Translations under genes and position numbers: made by a program
Shown here: piece after piece, positions 22,001 through 34,000 of the stretch
How the letters are laid out: each line of letters begins with the position of its first letter
How positions within the stretch are numbered: position 1 is the first letter of the stretch
From: Klebsormidium nitens
Lineage: Eukaryota; Plantae; Klebsormidiophyceae
Length of the DNA: 64,000 nt
Direction: 5' to 3'
Assembly: GCA_000708835.1 (NCBI GenBank)
Contig: DF236996.1
Location: forward strand, 92,397 to 156,396
The notes under the pieces: generated by a model
What the model was told of the DNA's origin: nothing
The model's database searches: none
Seen by the model: the letters and a program-made list of their open reading frames with translations, nothing else

Positions 22001-25000
22001 ACGGGCTGATCACTGGCAGCAGCTCGGTGAGGAATGCAGCTAGGCACCGCAACTTCAGCAAAGCAGACTACGTCACATCCCTTTCTTGCTTTCTCCAGCG
22101 TTGCATGATCAGAAGATACAGGGAGCAGCCTTCTCTTGGCTTTCTCAACATCTCCACTGTAAGCACCTTGCTCAACGTCCGATTGCAAGTTCAATGGGTT
22201 TCGAATTGCAGGAAGTTCCATTTAGTTGCAGGACGCTGTGGTTTTCAACGTTTGGCTTCTGACAGACCTGTTGGCAAAACAAGATGAGATGCACAACATC
22301 CTCTGCAGGACTATGCTGGGGGTGCCATCTTCGCTGACACAGGCTCCTCACTCAGTCTCGACAATGTCCAGTTTACCAACAACGTGGCTCGCACAGGCGC
22401 AGGAGGGGCTATCTTTTCAAATTCTGGACTGCAGGCGTCCTTTACGTCAGTCACCTTCGATACCAACATGGCGGTGAGGTTTGCTTTCCAACGCTCTCTC
22501 TGCATGTGAACAAGTGCATTGTATCTGTGTTGGGGCTCGAATGGAAGTTGTCCTACTCCAATTCAGATTGTTGAAAGGTCCCATATCTAATTGAAGGTAC
22601 TTGCAACAGATCTTAGATGTTCGTGAGGCTGGATTTACCTACATGTGTCCTTATCCACCTTATCCGCTGGCTGAGATTGAATTGCTGGTAACAGACAGTG
22701 GTCTTAGATTCGGTTTGGAATGCAACGAATTAGACTTCATGGATGCATCTAGTTTCAGAAGAGGCCGCTTCGTAGGACGTTAGATTCGAAGGTTAAGGTC
22801 TTGGCAGGCAGAGATTCTTCGTGTGCTTTACGATGCTAATTTGTCTGAGACGGACTCTTGGTATGGAGGCAGCTGTTTGCGTAGTTGGTCTCCAAATACG
22901 AGGCTTCTACAACCCTGGCATGGTCGCTGAGCAATCGCTCAGTCGTGAAGTGGCTGGTAGCTCTTTTGAGAACGTCAACTTTGTAATGATGAAGTCGTGG
23001 TCCTGCGAAATCTGCATTTCCCGTTATCAGTTGCTGATCAGAAATCTCTGCCTCCAGGCAACCGACGGTGGCTGTGTCTTTCTTGGCGGCTCCATCAAGT
23101 CTACGTTCGCCGGTTGCACCTTCACGAATTGCACCTCAGTAAGCAGATGACTATTCGAGCTTTTCTCATACGTCAGCTTTGTCAATAGCCGGCATACGGC
23201 CGCTGTTAGATTCAAGTTTGGCACCAAATGCGTCGTGTCAGACCTTCGACCCGGGTAAGTGTCAGGAGGTTGCACCAGAGAGTTGTCGGCACTGCCACCA
23301 CTTAGATACCGAAATGCGAACATCACGCTAGAGCTTTCACTGGCAACGATCTGATGGAACTCTACTGTTGGTCAGCCTGCAGGAGCACGAACGTACCCAA
23401 AAAAACTTGCTTACCGCCGCTCCCGTTTTTTTTCTGGTCTTGGGTTGCGGCTCTTTATCTGATGTTGGGCTCGTTGCAAAGAGACAAGCTTTAGCGCTTT
23501 CTCGCGGAGTCTTTTGTGGCAGAATCCTTCCGGCGCGTCAACTTTCCCTAAGAGATCTTCCGTGACTTGTGACGTCAACGTGACCCTGGAGGACCGTGAC
23601 CAGCAGCAATTCTTGCTCTTAATTGATAGCTGTAGCATTAGGCGTACAGCCATTAAATCCTGTTCACTTGTCCGACGAAATTCTGCATCCCTTGCAGACG
23701 AACGGCCGAGGTGGCGCCCTGTTCATGGGAGGTGACAACGCTTTAACGTCCATAATAGACACATCCTTCATGGGAAACCAGGCGGTGAGTTGCTCTCTTA
23801 TGAGACTGAGCAGCGCTGGCCCTCGAGAGGACGCAGTCAGAGGCTATACTTAACCCTTACAAAAGATCAGGTTGTTTTGAGCATGGTCCTGTGAAGCGGA
23901 TTGTTGTTTTGTCTGACCCATACGACTGTCTACACATACGCAAGCTGACTGAGTGACACGAATGATGACGAAGGCGTTTGCTTTCGCTTGCCCCACCGAG
24001 GTGGTGGCCTCAAAAGAATCTGGTGAGAGATGACGTCCTAAATCGACTCGCTTGTGTAAACCCAGCTTGGAAACGGTGGCGCGGTCTTTGTCTCAAGTTC
24101 CACGTCCGTCACGACGCTCACAAACGTCCAATTCACCAACAACAAGGCCACCAGACCTGCTTCCGGTGGCGGGTCTGCCGGAGGCGGCATGCTGGCTGAT
24201 GGTGACGTCAGCATGCAGCAAGTCACAATGACTGGCAACACTGCGGTGAGCACCGTTCTTGCTGGGAGGGAGTCGTGGCCCCGCCAAGCAGAAGGGACGG
24301 ATGGATGGATGGATGTTTGGAGAGACCTGATTGATTGCCTGACTAATACCAGCGGCTTCAGCCTAGATTTTGATAGTTGAGGAAGTTGAGAGTTCGAGAC
24401 GTACTCGAGTCTTTGAAGCGTAGAGGCTCTGAATGCAAACGAGGTTAGCTTGCTCAGCTCCTGGTAGATCTTCAAGTGCGGATGGTGCTTCTGAATGGGC
24501 TGGGTCGCTACTGACACAAATGTTTGTATGTCTTTTGACCAGACGTTAAGTGGAGGCGGTCTGGCGACTCAAGCTGACCGTGTGAGGATCACAATGTCCG
24601 ACATCGAGGGCAACGACGCTACAGTGAGTTGTCATCGCGTTTGTTGCGACTCTTGGCTAGCCTCAAGAAAGAGTAGCCTCGTCTTCCAGATTCCCTCCAA
24701 CGAGTTTAAATTGGATCGACCTGGATTGAACTGAATTGTTGAACTGCAAGATCGTGCGAATCTCTTCAGTCAATCAAAGTGCTGGGGATTGCTTTTTGCT
24801 AAGGAGACTCGTTTGCCTTCGGAGGCAAACGCACGTATATTTTAGATCTCAGCGATGACTTGCGCACACTACAGTTTTCTGGAGGAGGGGTCTTCGTTTT
24901 GAAGGGAAATGTACAGATCGACACAACGAAGTGGCACATCACCGCAAACAACACGGTCACCGGCACCAACGTAAGTGCCACCCAGACTGCCCATATCTCC

Positions 25001-28000
25001 TCGAAGAGCAGGAAGGTCATCTTTTGGATCTTGGGTCCTTTTAAACGAGAGCAACATCTTAGTTGTTCAGGCCAGACTAACGCAAATCAAGGAAGCAATC
25101 TCAGGCATATTTGATATCCAAAAGCCACCTCGATTCGAGCAGACTACTCCATCGTGACTTCCTCGCTTGTGTTTCTTTGGATTCTGTAGCTGGGCTGATC
25201 CTTGACACGTTCCCACTTCGGCTCCTTCCCCTCGTTCTTGCAGGGCGGTAACCCAAATGACGGGTCGAGGGATGTATTTGTCAACGAAGGTGGCTTCGCT
25301 TACTTTTGTGACGAGCTTCCATGGCCCGGGAATACAAACGTGAGCTGTCATCTCCTGGTCCCCTCGTCCAGATCAGTTCGAAGACAAGGTCCCAGGATTC
25401 AAATCAGTTTGATGCGTCAGCGACCCCCCGGAAAAAAACTTGCCTTGACCAGAAACGGTCTGATCAATTTTGAAAGGATTGGCGACACATTTTGTTGAGG
25501 TGACCAGCACAGCAACTTGCCATTTTGACAAGCTGCAATCACATGTGATCTGTGCTCTTGCTGAGACTTTCCTTGCGTCCTTTCTATGCAGCCGCATACT
25601 GTCTCAGGACCATACAGTCTTGGTAAGTTCCTCACGTCCACATCGAGCAATTCTTTCCCCTCTTGACCTGGATGCTGAATTTGAATCTGTAAGCACCCGC
25701 GGTTCAGATAAAGTTGACGGCTTTCTTCTATCTGCAGAACTTCTTTCGTTGGCGTTCTTGGATGCAGCCGGTATACTATGTCGAAATCTCGCCTTCAAGC
25801 CGAGGAAGTGTTTTGGTCATCCTTCAGCTCTCTTCTTTGGGCCCTTTTTCGCGGCCAACCCTGTTCATGAGTCTCTTGTCGTCTTGCAGGTTGTCCCGGT
25901 TACAACAACACCACCCCTATCCCTGCCAACAAAGACTGCGTCAGCTTTTTGACTGCTCTCCAGAACGCGCCCAACGATGGCACTGGCGTAGTGAACTTCA
26001 CAGACGTCATCCGCTTTGACGCGCTCACTTGCGGCACCTTCTCGCTTCCTTTTGTGATCAGCAAATCGGTCACGATTCAGGGGGCGTCTGACAACCCGCT
26101 CTACAACACTCTCGACGCATACAACAACAACGCCCTGTTCAGGGTCACGGGCACCGGAGTTAGGGTCTTTTTCAATCGCGTGCAACTCACGAGAGGAGTG
26201 GTGAGGAGGGTATCCCTTTACATTTTCGGTCTGTTACAGAAAACCTCATAAGGTACCCCGCTTTCTGCTTTCAAGGTTCTAACCCGTCTGTTTTGAGCGA
26301 GATTTGTTTGTTATATCTTCAAGATCCAAGGCAAGGCGTTTGGGTCGCAACCTCGCTCGACCTTCAATATCAAGTACTGCTTTTGCAGTATTTTCGCCTC
26401 GCCCAAAGACCTTTGTTAGTACGAAGTAACGATAGACGGCACTTGAAGGTCGTCTAACCTCAGACTCCTGTGAGCCTGTCCGTCTTGTTGAGCTTCGACT
26501 TCATGTGGCATTGTCCCATGCTTGTGATGCAACGCCCAGCTCTTCCATATAGTCGCTTTCACCACTGGACCAGTGACTTTGAGGCCACCAAGGGGACGGC
26601 TTTAGTGGGGAAGTGTGAGGACATCCTTAAGGCTTGCCAACTCTTTCCTACAGGGAGGAAACGGGCCAGCGATCAGCGTCGAATCAGGGGCTTTCGTACA
26701 GACCAATAACGCCGTCTTCTCGTACCACCAGGTCAGTTCAAGCCCACACATGTGAAGGAAACGAGATCGCAAATCGAAGCTATCCGAAACGAAGCAGTGG
26801 TCCGTGGTTTATGTGGAGATATCATACCTTGTCCTTGTAAAAGATAAAGAGTCCTTGTCAAGGGGGCAGACTTCCGATTGTCCTTGTAAAAGATAAAGAG
26901 TCCTTGTCAAGGGGCAGACTTCCGATTCTTCTGATACAGTGCAGACTTTTCCGAAAACGCTAACATGAGCCGATCAAGGCATTTCAGCAGGACCTTCTGT
27001 AGAAACCTAGAGCCTGATTCTGAAGTTTTGCGTCATATTTGATAGTTGCGCTCCCCTTTTTGAATGATTGCCATCGCCATGTCCTTACAGGCAACCGGTA
27101 ATGGAGGTGCGATCTACCTCGCCCCAGGAACCAGCATCGAAATGTTGTCTGGTACAACTCTCACAAACAACATCGCGGTAAGCAATATCTCAAACAAGAC
27201 AGAAGGTTCCCGTGCCTGTCAAAGTAAGGTGTTAGACATCGCTGCTTCAATTACATCTCCCGTTGTCCAAGATTGAGATCGTCGTTCAGTCTCTTTTGAT
27301 TGCGACTTGCGAAAGCCAACAAACGCCTTTGACTGCCGGATGCAATTCGCTTGAAGCTTGGTCTTGAAGAAGTTTTCTATGCTCTCCAGAAAAAGGTCGC
27401 CGGAGGTGGAGGTGGCAACGGAGGTGCCGTGTATGGTGATGATGGATCGAAGGTCTACTTGTACACTGTTACCATGCAATTCAATAAGGCGGAACAGGTA
27501 AAGGATTAGCTTGGATCGTACCTTCGCCTGCAATTGTCATGAGCTTCCGCTTCAAATTGGGTCTTGCTCATTCAACATGTGTTCTTAGTGCTGCAGTCCA
27601 CATTTCCTTTTGTGGAGCACTCGCTCAAGTGCGGAGTGCTGGAAGCTGTTGTTCTAGGGAGGGAAGCTAGGGCAGCACCGTCTACTTTGAATCCTCTTCC
27701 ACGAGGGTCCCATTGTATACTGTCAACTTGGCCATCGCATCCCATTTTGCTTCTGGCGCATGATCTGCTCTTTCTTTCATGCAGGATGGTGGTTCTCTTT
27801 GGGTCGGAGGCAGATTGGACAGCTTCTTTACCACAATGTCAAACTCGAATGCGGTAAGTCTGAACCGTGATGTGGGTTGCACTAGTTTGATCCCGCGCAC
27901 ACCTAGATAGTACTTCCTGGCGCTTCTCTTGATCAGAGCTCAGTTCACAGAAGTTTGCATATCTCATTGATAATTCTTGAATTGCTGCTTCTCATTGACA

Positions 28001-31000
28001 ATCCCTGAATTTGCAGAACTTTTGCGGACAACACACAACACAACAATTACTTGGACTAATTGGAGCGAGTCTTTCTTCGTTTCAGGTTGAGCCTTTCACG
28101 AAAACCACCCCTTACCTCTGATTAAAGAGTGCAGAATCATTATGGAAAGCCTGTACTTAGAACTTGGTTGCTCCAGTCCGCTACAATTTCAACACTTGAT
28201 GATATTTACGTGCCGGGACCGAACACTCTACTATTCTTGTACAGGGGGGATTGGGGGGTTGCGCTTTTGAGAAGAAATCGTCAACCTCTCTTGATGGCGG
28301 GTTTTATCAGGGAGGGCTTTTCCAAATCTGCAACGCGGTGAGCACCCTCGGCGATAGGAAACCTATTTCAGGGCGAGTCCGTTTGATGGTACCTTCGCCT
28401 TGCTTGGCGACTCACCTTCCTATGCAGAGTTCGTAAAGCAAGTGGCTCTCCTTGCAGATCAAGGCAGTCATTGCTCGTCATGTGAGTGTCGAGATCGTCG
28501 GAGAAGGATTCAGTATCGAAGGAAGGCAGCTACGCGGCTTCGTTGTGCATGATCGCGCAGCTGTTATACTATACGTCAATATTCATGTCACTATCGAACG
28601 GAAAGACTAGAAAGCTGGGTTTCATTAAGGTACCAAATCTTGGACATCTTTGCAGGTACAAGGAGGTGCCATGTACATCCAGGATGCTCAGGTCACTTCC
28701 TTGTTCACCGGTTCCTTCAACAATACAATAAGTGTAAGTATCACAATCGGGTGTCCATGGATGACGTCATCTACGTTCTTGGCTTTGACTTTGACTCAAA
28801 GACAGACCTGGAATCTCCGTTGGTGACTCAAATGGACTTACTGGAAGGCTCCTTCATCAATTGATCTCATTAAGAACGAATGAAACCACTTGACATGTCT
28901 GAAATGTGTTTTGGTACGTGTGTCCTCGACAAAGGCATGGCTCATCACACTCTTCTCACAGCGGTTGAACGTGCGTGCAGGGACCAGACAACTCAAGGAG
29001 CGTTTTCATAACGCCGGGGGGTCTCCTGCGAATCTGCTCGGATCAGTTTGGCTTTAACGTGAGACATTCATCCGGCTTTCTGAGCGAAGCATAGAAGATC
29101 CATTTAAAGTTATAGCGAGCATTTGGAAGCTACTAGTTGCTTCTGGGAATAAGCTTTTACAATATATCTGGATCCGCTAGTTAGGAATCAAGTATTGACT
29201 CGCCTATCACGAACTTTGCCACAGGCTTCATCAATTCGAAGAATCCAGATCCTGGGAAAGGCGCTAAATTGGATGTTCAATCGGACACGAAGCTATGAAC
29301 AAGAGCTTGGCGCTTCAGAATCGGCGTTCGCCGAAGGTAGAGGAGGCCTTTGAGGCAACCCGACAACATACTTTCATAAAGAACATGAGCAAGAGCAAGA
29401 GCAAGAGCTATGCGCAAGCCTGAACAAACACATGCATTCTGCACTTGTCACTTTAGCTAACGGGGTTCCTCGCCTTTTGCAGTTCGCCACAATCGTTGGG
29501 CCCTATGAAACAAGTGAGTCTCCGAAATTTCTCGTGCTTTCCTCATCTTTTGCAAAAGAGGCAACGGGAAGCCTGCTGCCGGATGCAATCGTAACCGAGT
29601 ATGTATGTCTGTTTGCCTGCATCTGCAACCTCGACACGAGCTAGGAGTGACTGGTCCAGAGCTTTGGTGGCCAGATTGCGAATGCTTCGGAACTGGAAAC
29701 CTTGCGTGAATGCAGCCGTTGTTCTAAATTGCTCTCTTGCAAATCCTTTTCGGGACTGCGTCACAACAAACCCTCTCCAGCATTAACTCGCCAAGAACAC
29801 CGCCTCAAACACTGTCGTTCCTCTTGTAACAAGCGTTTCTAAGCACCCGTCCCACACACATTTTCTCTCTCCAGTCTGCCCGCTGAACATTCCCGACGTC
29901 GCGAGCACGTGCCCGGAGCTCCTCATGAGAATCGCGAACCCCGTCGTATACTCGTATGATGGCGGTAACAGGGATCCTGCGGTGCCAACCATTCGTTTCA
30001 CGGGCTTCATCACCTTGTCACCCGAGTCGTGCCCAGCTGGGACCACCTTCCCCATCGTGATTGACAGCGATGTTGCTGGGCTGCGGTTCCTCGGAGATGA
30101 CGCTAACCCACAGTTCAATCAGATCACGGGCAACGGCTCAAACGCATTGTTCAAAACGACCAACCCAAACGGGATCCGGTTTGAGCGCCTGTGGCTGACA
30201 AGGGCCTTGGTGAGACTTCATTGCAGAGCCCCGTTTTCACCTGACTGTGGCAACATCTACACGATAAACACTGGTTTGAAGTCGTTGCAACTTGTGAAGC
30301 ATCTGACTTTGGAAGCAATCGCATAACAAAAGTCTTGGGAAGTTTCTGAATTAAGGGAGCGTTACTTCCTAGCGCCGTAATTCAATGTTGTCGCCTTTGA
30401 CGTGACTATATTGCCTCGTGCAAGGGCACCTGTTTCAAAGCCGAAGTGTCGTCTCCGAGTGTTCTCCACTCCGTGTGCCGCTGTGAAAGTAGAGAGCAAA
30501 GTCTGTCTTCTTTGTTCCTTTCACCTCGTGTGTTCTTGTGAAGTGACTGTGGTTGCCGTCGTCTATTTCTCTCAGGTAAATCTGCACTTCGGCTACAGAA
30601 CAAGGACTTTCGTTCACGGCTACTTCTTGCAAACTCGTAACAAGGATCAGAGTGATCATAGGTCAAGAATACAGGCATTTCTTCCGACAGCAGCTCATTC
30701 TGAAAGCCTCACCCGGGAACGGGTGCACTTCAAACGATTGCTTTTTACTCCCAAGACAAACTGGGCTAAGACTCTTCGCTTCTCTTGCAGAGAGCTTCTG
30801 GCAATGGGGCGTGCCTGGAGCATACTGCTGGGCCGCTGACTATCCTGAACGTCAACTTTCAGGACTGCATTGCTGTGAGTTATCTATTGCACCCATGTGA
30901 TTCTGAATCTGAACCATCTGCAGCCACGAATCTGCTTTGCACTCACTTGGTCTGTCATAAGGCGGTTTTCGTCATGCTCAGCCCTTAGTCGAGGCTGGCA

Positions 31001-34000
31001 ACAAGGGCAAGCGATTGTAATTTGCATAACAAGGTCGGCGTAACTTCTGGGTGGGGCAAACGGTCCGCTTGTATTACCTTTCTTGACTCTTATATGCGAC
31101 TTGAAAAGAAGGGGTTACGAACACCTCCTGATATCTGCAGACAAACGGAAACGGAGGGGCTGTCTACCTGGGCCCCGGCACCAGCGCTTCTACGACGAGC
31201 TTTGCAGCTCTGAGAAATTATGGGGTAAGCTTGTCGAGGATGCCCCTTGCGACGTTAGATACGCAACCACTGGAGATCCATCTACTTAGGATCAACCTCA
31301 AGTCGATAGCCATGCGCTCAAGCCCCAAACAGCTCTGAATGCAGGAAGAGGTTGGCATCCTCGTCTCCCCCTCGGAAGGCTGTAATTCTAAGCGGGTAGT
31401 TGGATATGGCAGCTTTTCAGCATCCTTACCGGCCCTCACATTTGGCAACTGCGGTTTCCTTGCGTCCTCCTGTTAAGTCTCTTGAAAGATATCAAGTTCT
31501 GAAAGCCAACTCAAGATGGTCTGTTCTTTCGTTTTCTGCAGCAATTCGGAGGCGCGATGTATACGGAATCGAACGTGCCTGTGATCGCCAGCGGGTCTGG
31601 GTTCTTTCAGGGAGGCGCTTACCAGGTAAGCTAACTTGTAGCTGGCAAAGGAAGTACTCTCTTTTTGCCACAAGTCCTTCTGCCACGTGTCCTTCTGCAC
31701 TTTTGAGCTGGAGCTGACAATACCTTGAATATCAGGAAAGACTCCTATCTAGTAGGCCGAGGTACTTCGCAGGCACGTTTTCCCGCTTAAATTCTCGGTG
31801 ACGCTTCTTACATTTGGGCAGAGGCTTAGCCTGTGGTCTCGCTTATACAAACGACCGCGAGCGGGTGTGCAATCTCGAAGCTGCATTCCGGGTAGGATAG
31901 GGTGGAAATAGCAATTCCGTGAAACCCTGGGGTCAATGCTTGCAGAATGGCGGTGGAATCTACGTGCAAGGTCCCTTCAGCGCCAGCCGGACGTCCATCA
32001 CTAGCAACATGGCGGTAAGGTTCCGGCCAACTCTTCGAACTCTTCACTATCCTGTGCATCCAGTCCCTGATGTTTTTAGCGTTCTTTGACCTCGCTAGGT
32101 GAGGCATGCAGCGAACTCTGAATATCGTATTGAGGAAGATTGGCATGCTTGTTTGTAGGCGCATTTCTGGTACCCGTAATATAAGACTTATTAACAGAAC
32201 TGGAGAGTCCGTGTACTTTACTTGGACAGCCTTGCGAGTTTGGGTCTTTATCAAGATACCACGGAGTATGAAGCGTTCAAATCACCATTGCGTACAACCT
32301 TTTGAAAGCTTCAATAGCTAGCTTAGACTAAGCTTGAGGTTCCTTAAAGTCCTCCCGCCTAGTCATCCCGCCCGCTCACTCCGATCGCGCAAGTCATAAA
32401 AAGCTTAGGCCTGCTTTTCATAGCTCTGTGTCGCTTGCAGGATGCTTTCGGTGCTGGGCTCTACATGACCGGCCCTGCCAACGTCCAGTGGAACACTGGG
32501 TCCTTCGACAGCAACACGGCAGGGGTGAGCTCCCTCACATTCGCGCCTGTTTTGAAACTTCAGATTCAAAGTTTGAACCCACCCCGACTTCGTGGTTCTC
32601 CTGTGCTTTGGACCAAGTCAGCATTTGGACCAAGTCAGCAGAAGTTGCGACTCGCTTCGTCCCTTTCATTTCACTGCCTTTATGAGTTTTGGGCGAGCTT
32701 GCTTGTCTGACACTCTGTTGGTGCGGCCCTCTTGTTGCCTTTTGCCAGCTTCGAGCATACAAGGCAGCCTAGGAATCTCGAAGTGAAGTGGGGATACCGA
32801 GCAGGGCTCCAGTCCTGTGCTAACCCAACGTAACCCACCTGTTGCTGCAGACCGAAGGAGGGGGTGCCTTCTTCGGTGCTAGCACTATCTTCAAGGGGGT
32901 CTTCTTTACCCAGGCCAACAACCAGCGCAGAGGCGTAAGTGACGTTCATTATCGCTGTCTTTCAATCAGCATGGTTCCTCTTCCGCAAGAGCATGGGCAA
33001 AACTGAGCAACACAGGTTCAAGGATGTCGTGCACTCACGTGCCTTCGGCCTAGCTTACAGAGTATCCTTTCTGAAGATTGGTCATGTCACGAGCGTAATG
33101 GCGTCATTCCTGCCGCTCGTGAAGGACCCTTGACAACAGAAGTGGAGAGCCGGGAGCTTTGGAATTGTATACTGCCTTTTGTTGGCCGACACCAGCCGCC
33201 CTCTCGAACAGAACTCTTGTATACGTTCACTTTTTACCTCACGCGTCGAGTCTCTTTTGTCTACCCCCAAAACCAGTTCACTGGACAGGCTAACGGAACA
33301 GTCCTCGGCCGCCAATGGTGTCAAATCCAGCGAACGTGATCTGGCCCCCAGAACCATATCTTATGAAAGCGGCACTCCTTTTTATGGTCGGGTCGCCACC
33401 CGTCGAACTCAGAAGCGTCTAACAGTGGGAATTTTTTGGAATCTGCAGAAATCGAGGACTCCCCCGCTGGGGGGTAGCATCTCCGACGCAGGCTATCTGG
33501 ACACTGGCGCCATGGTCACGCTCTGTCAGTACACGGGCCAAAACAACGACCAAGGGAATAATGGCACGGTAAGCTTCTTGAAGCCTGGACGATGTCCCAA
33601 AGCGCGCTGTGTTCTGGTGGAGCTTCGAGATATATTGGCCAGTCGAAGTTCAAAGCTGCCTTTCAAAAGCATGCTTTCGGTTGTGTTTTGGAACTGTACT
33701 TGAGAGGAGTTCCCTTGTGAGATCAGAGATCGGTGACTACTGTCGCTTGGTGTGTTTCGAGTACGAGTTGCTCATTGAGGGCGCGTTCTGCAGAATTAAA
33801 TGCAAGAAAACAAACAAAAAGGCAATCGAACGCGGCAGCTCCTCGCCAATCTGAGTGATCCAAAATTTTTGACGAGCTCTTCCCTTTAGCTGGTATCCTT
33901 GAGTCATCGAGACAGCCCAGAACACTTGATCGTCCGTACTTTTTAAAAGTTCGAGCCTTCAACCCTCATCCCGATTAGACAATCAGGCCACATTGCCAAG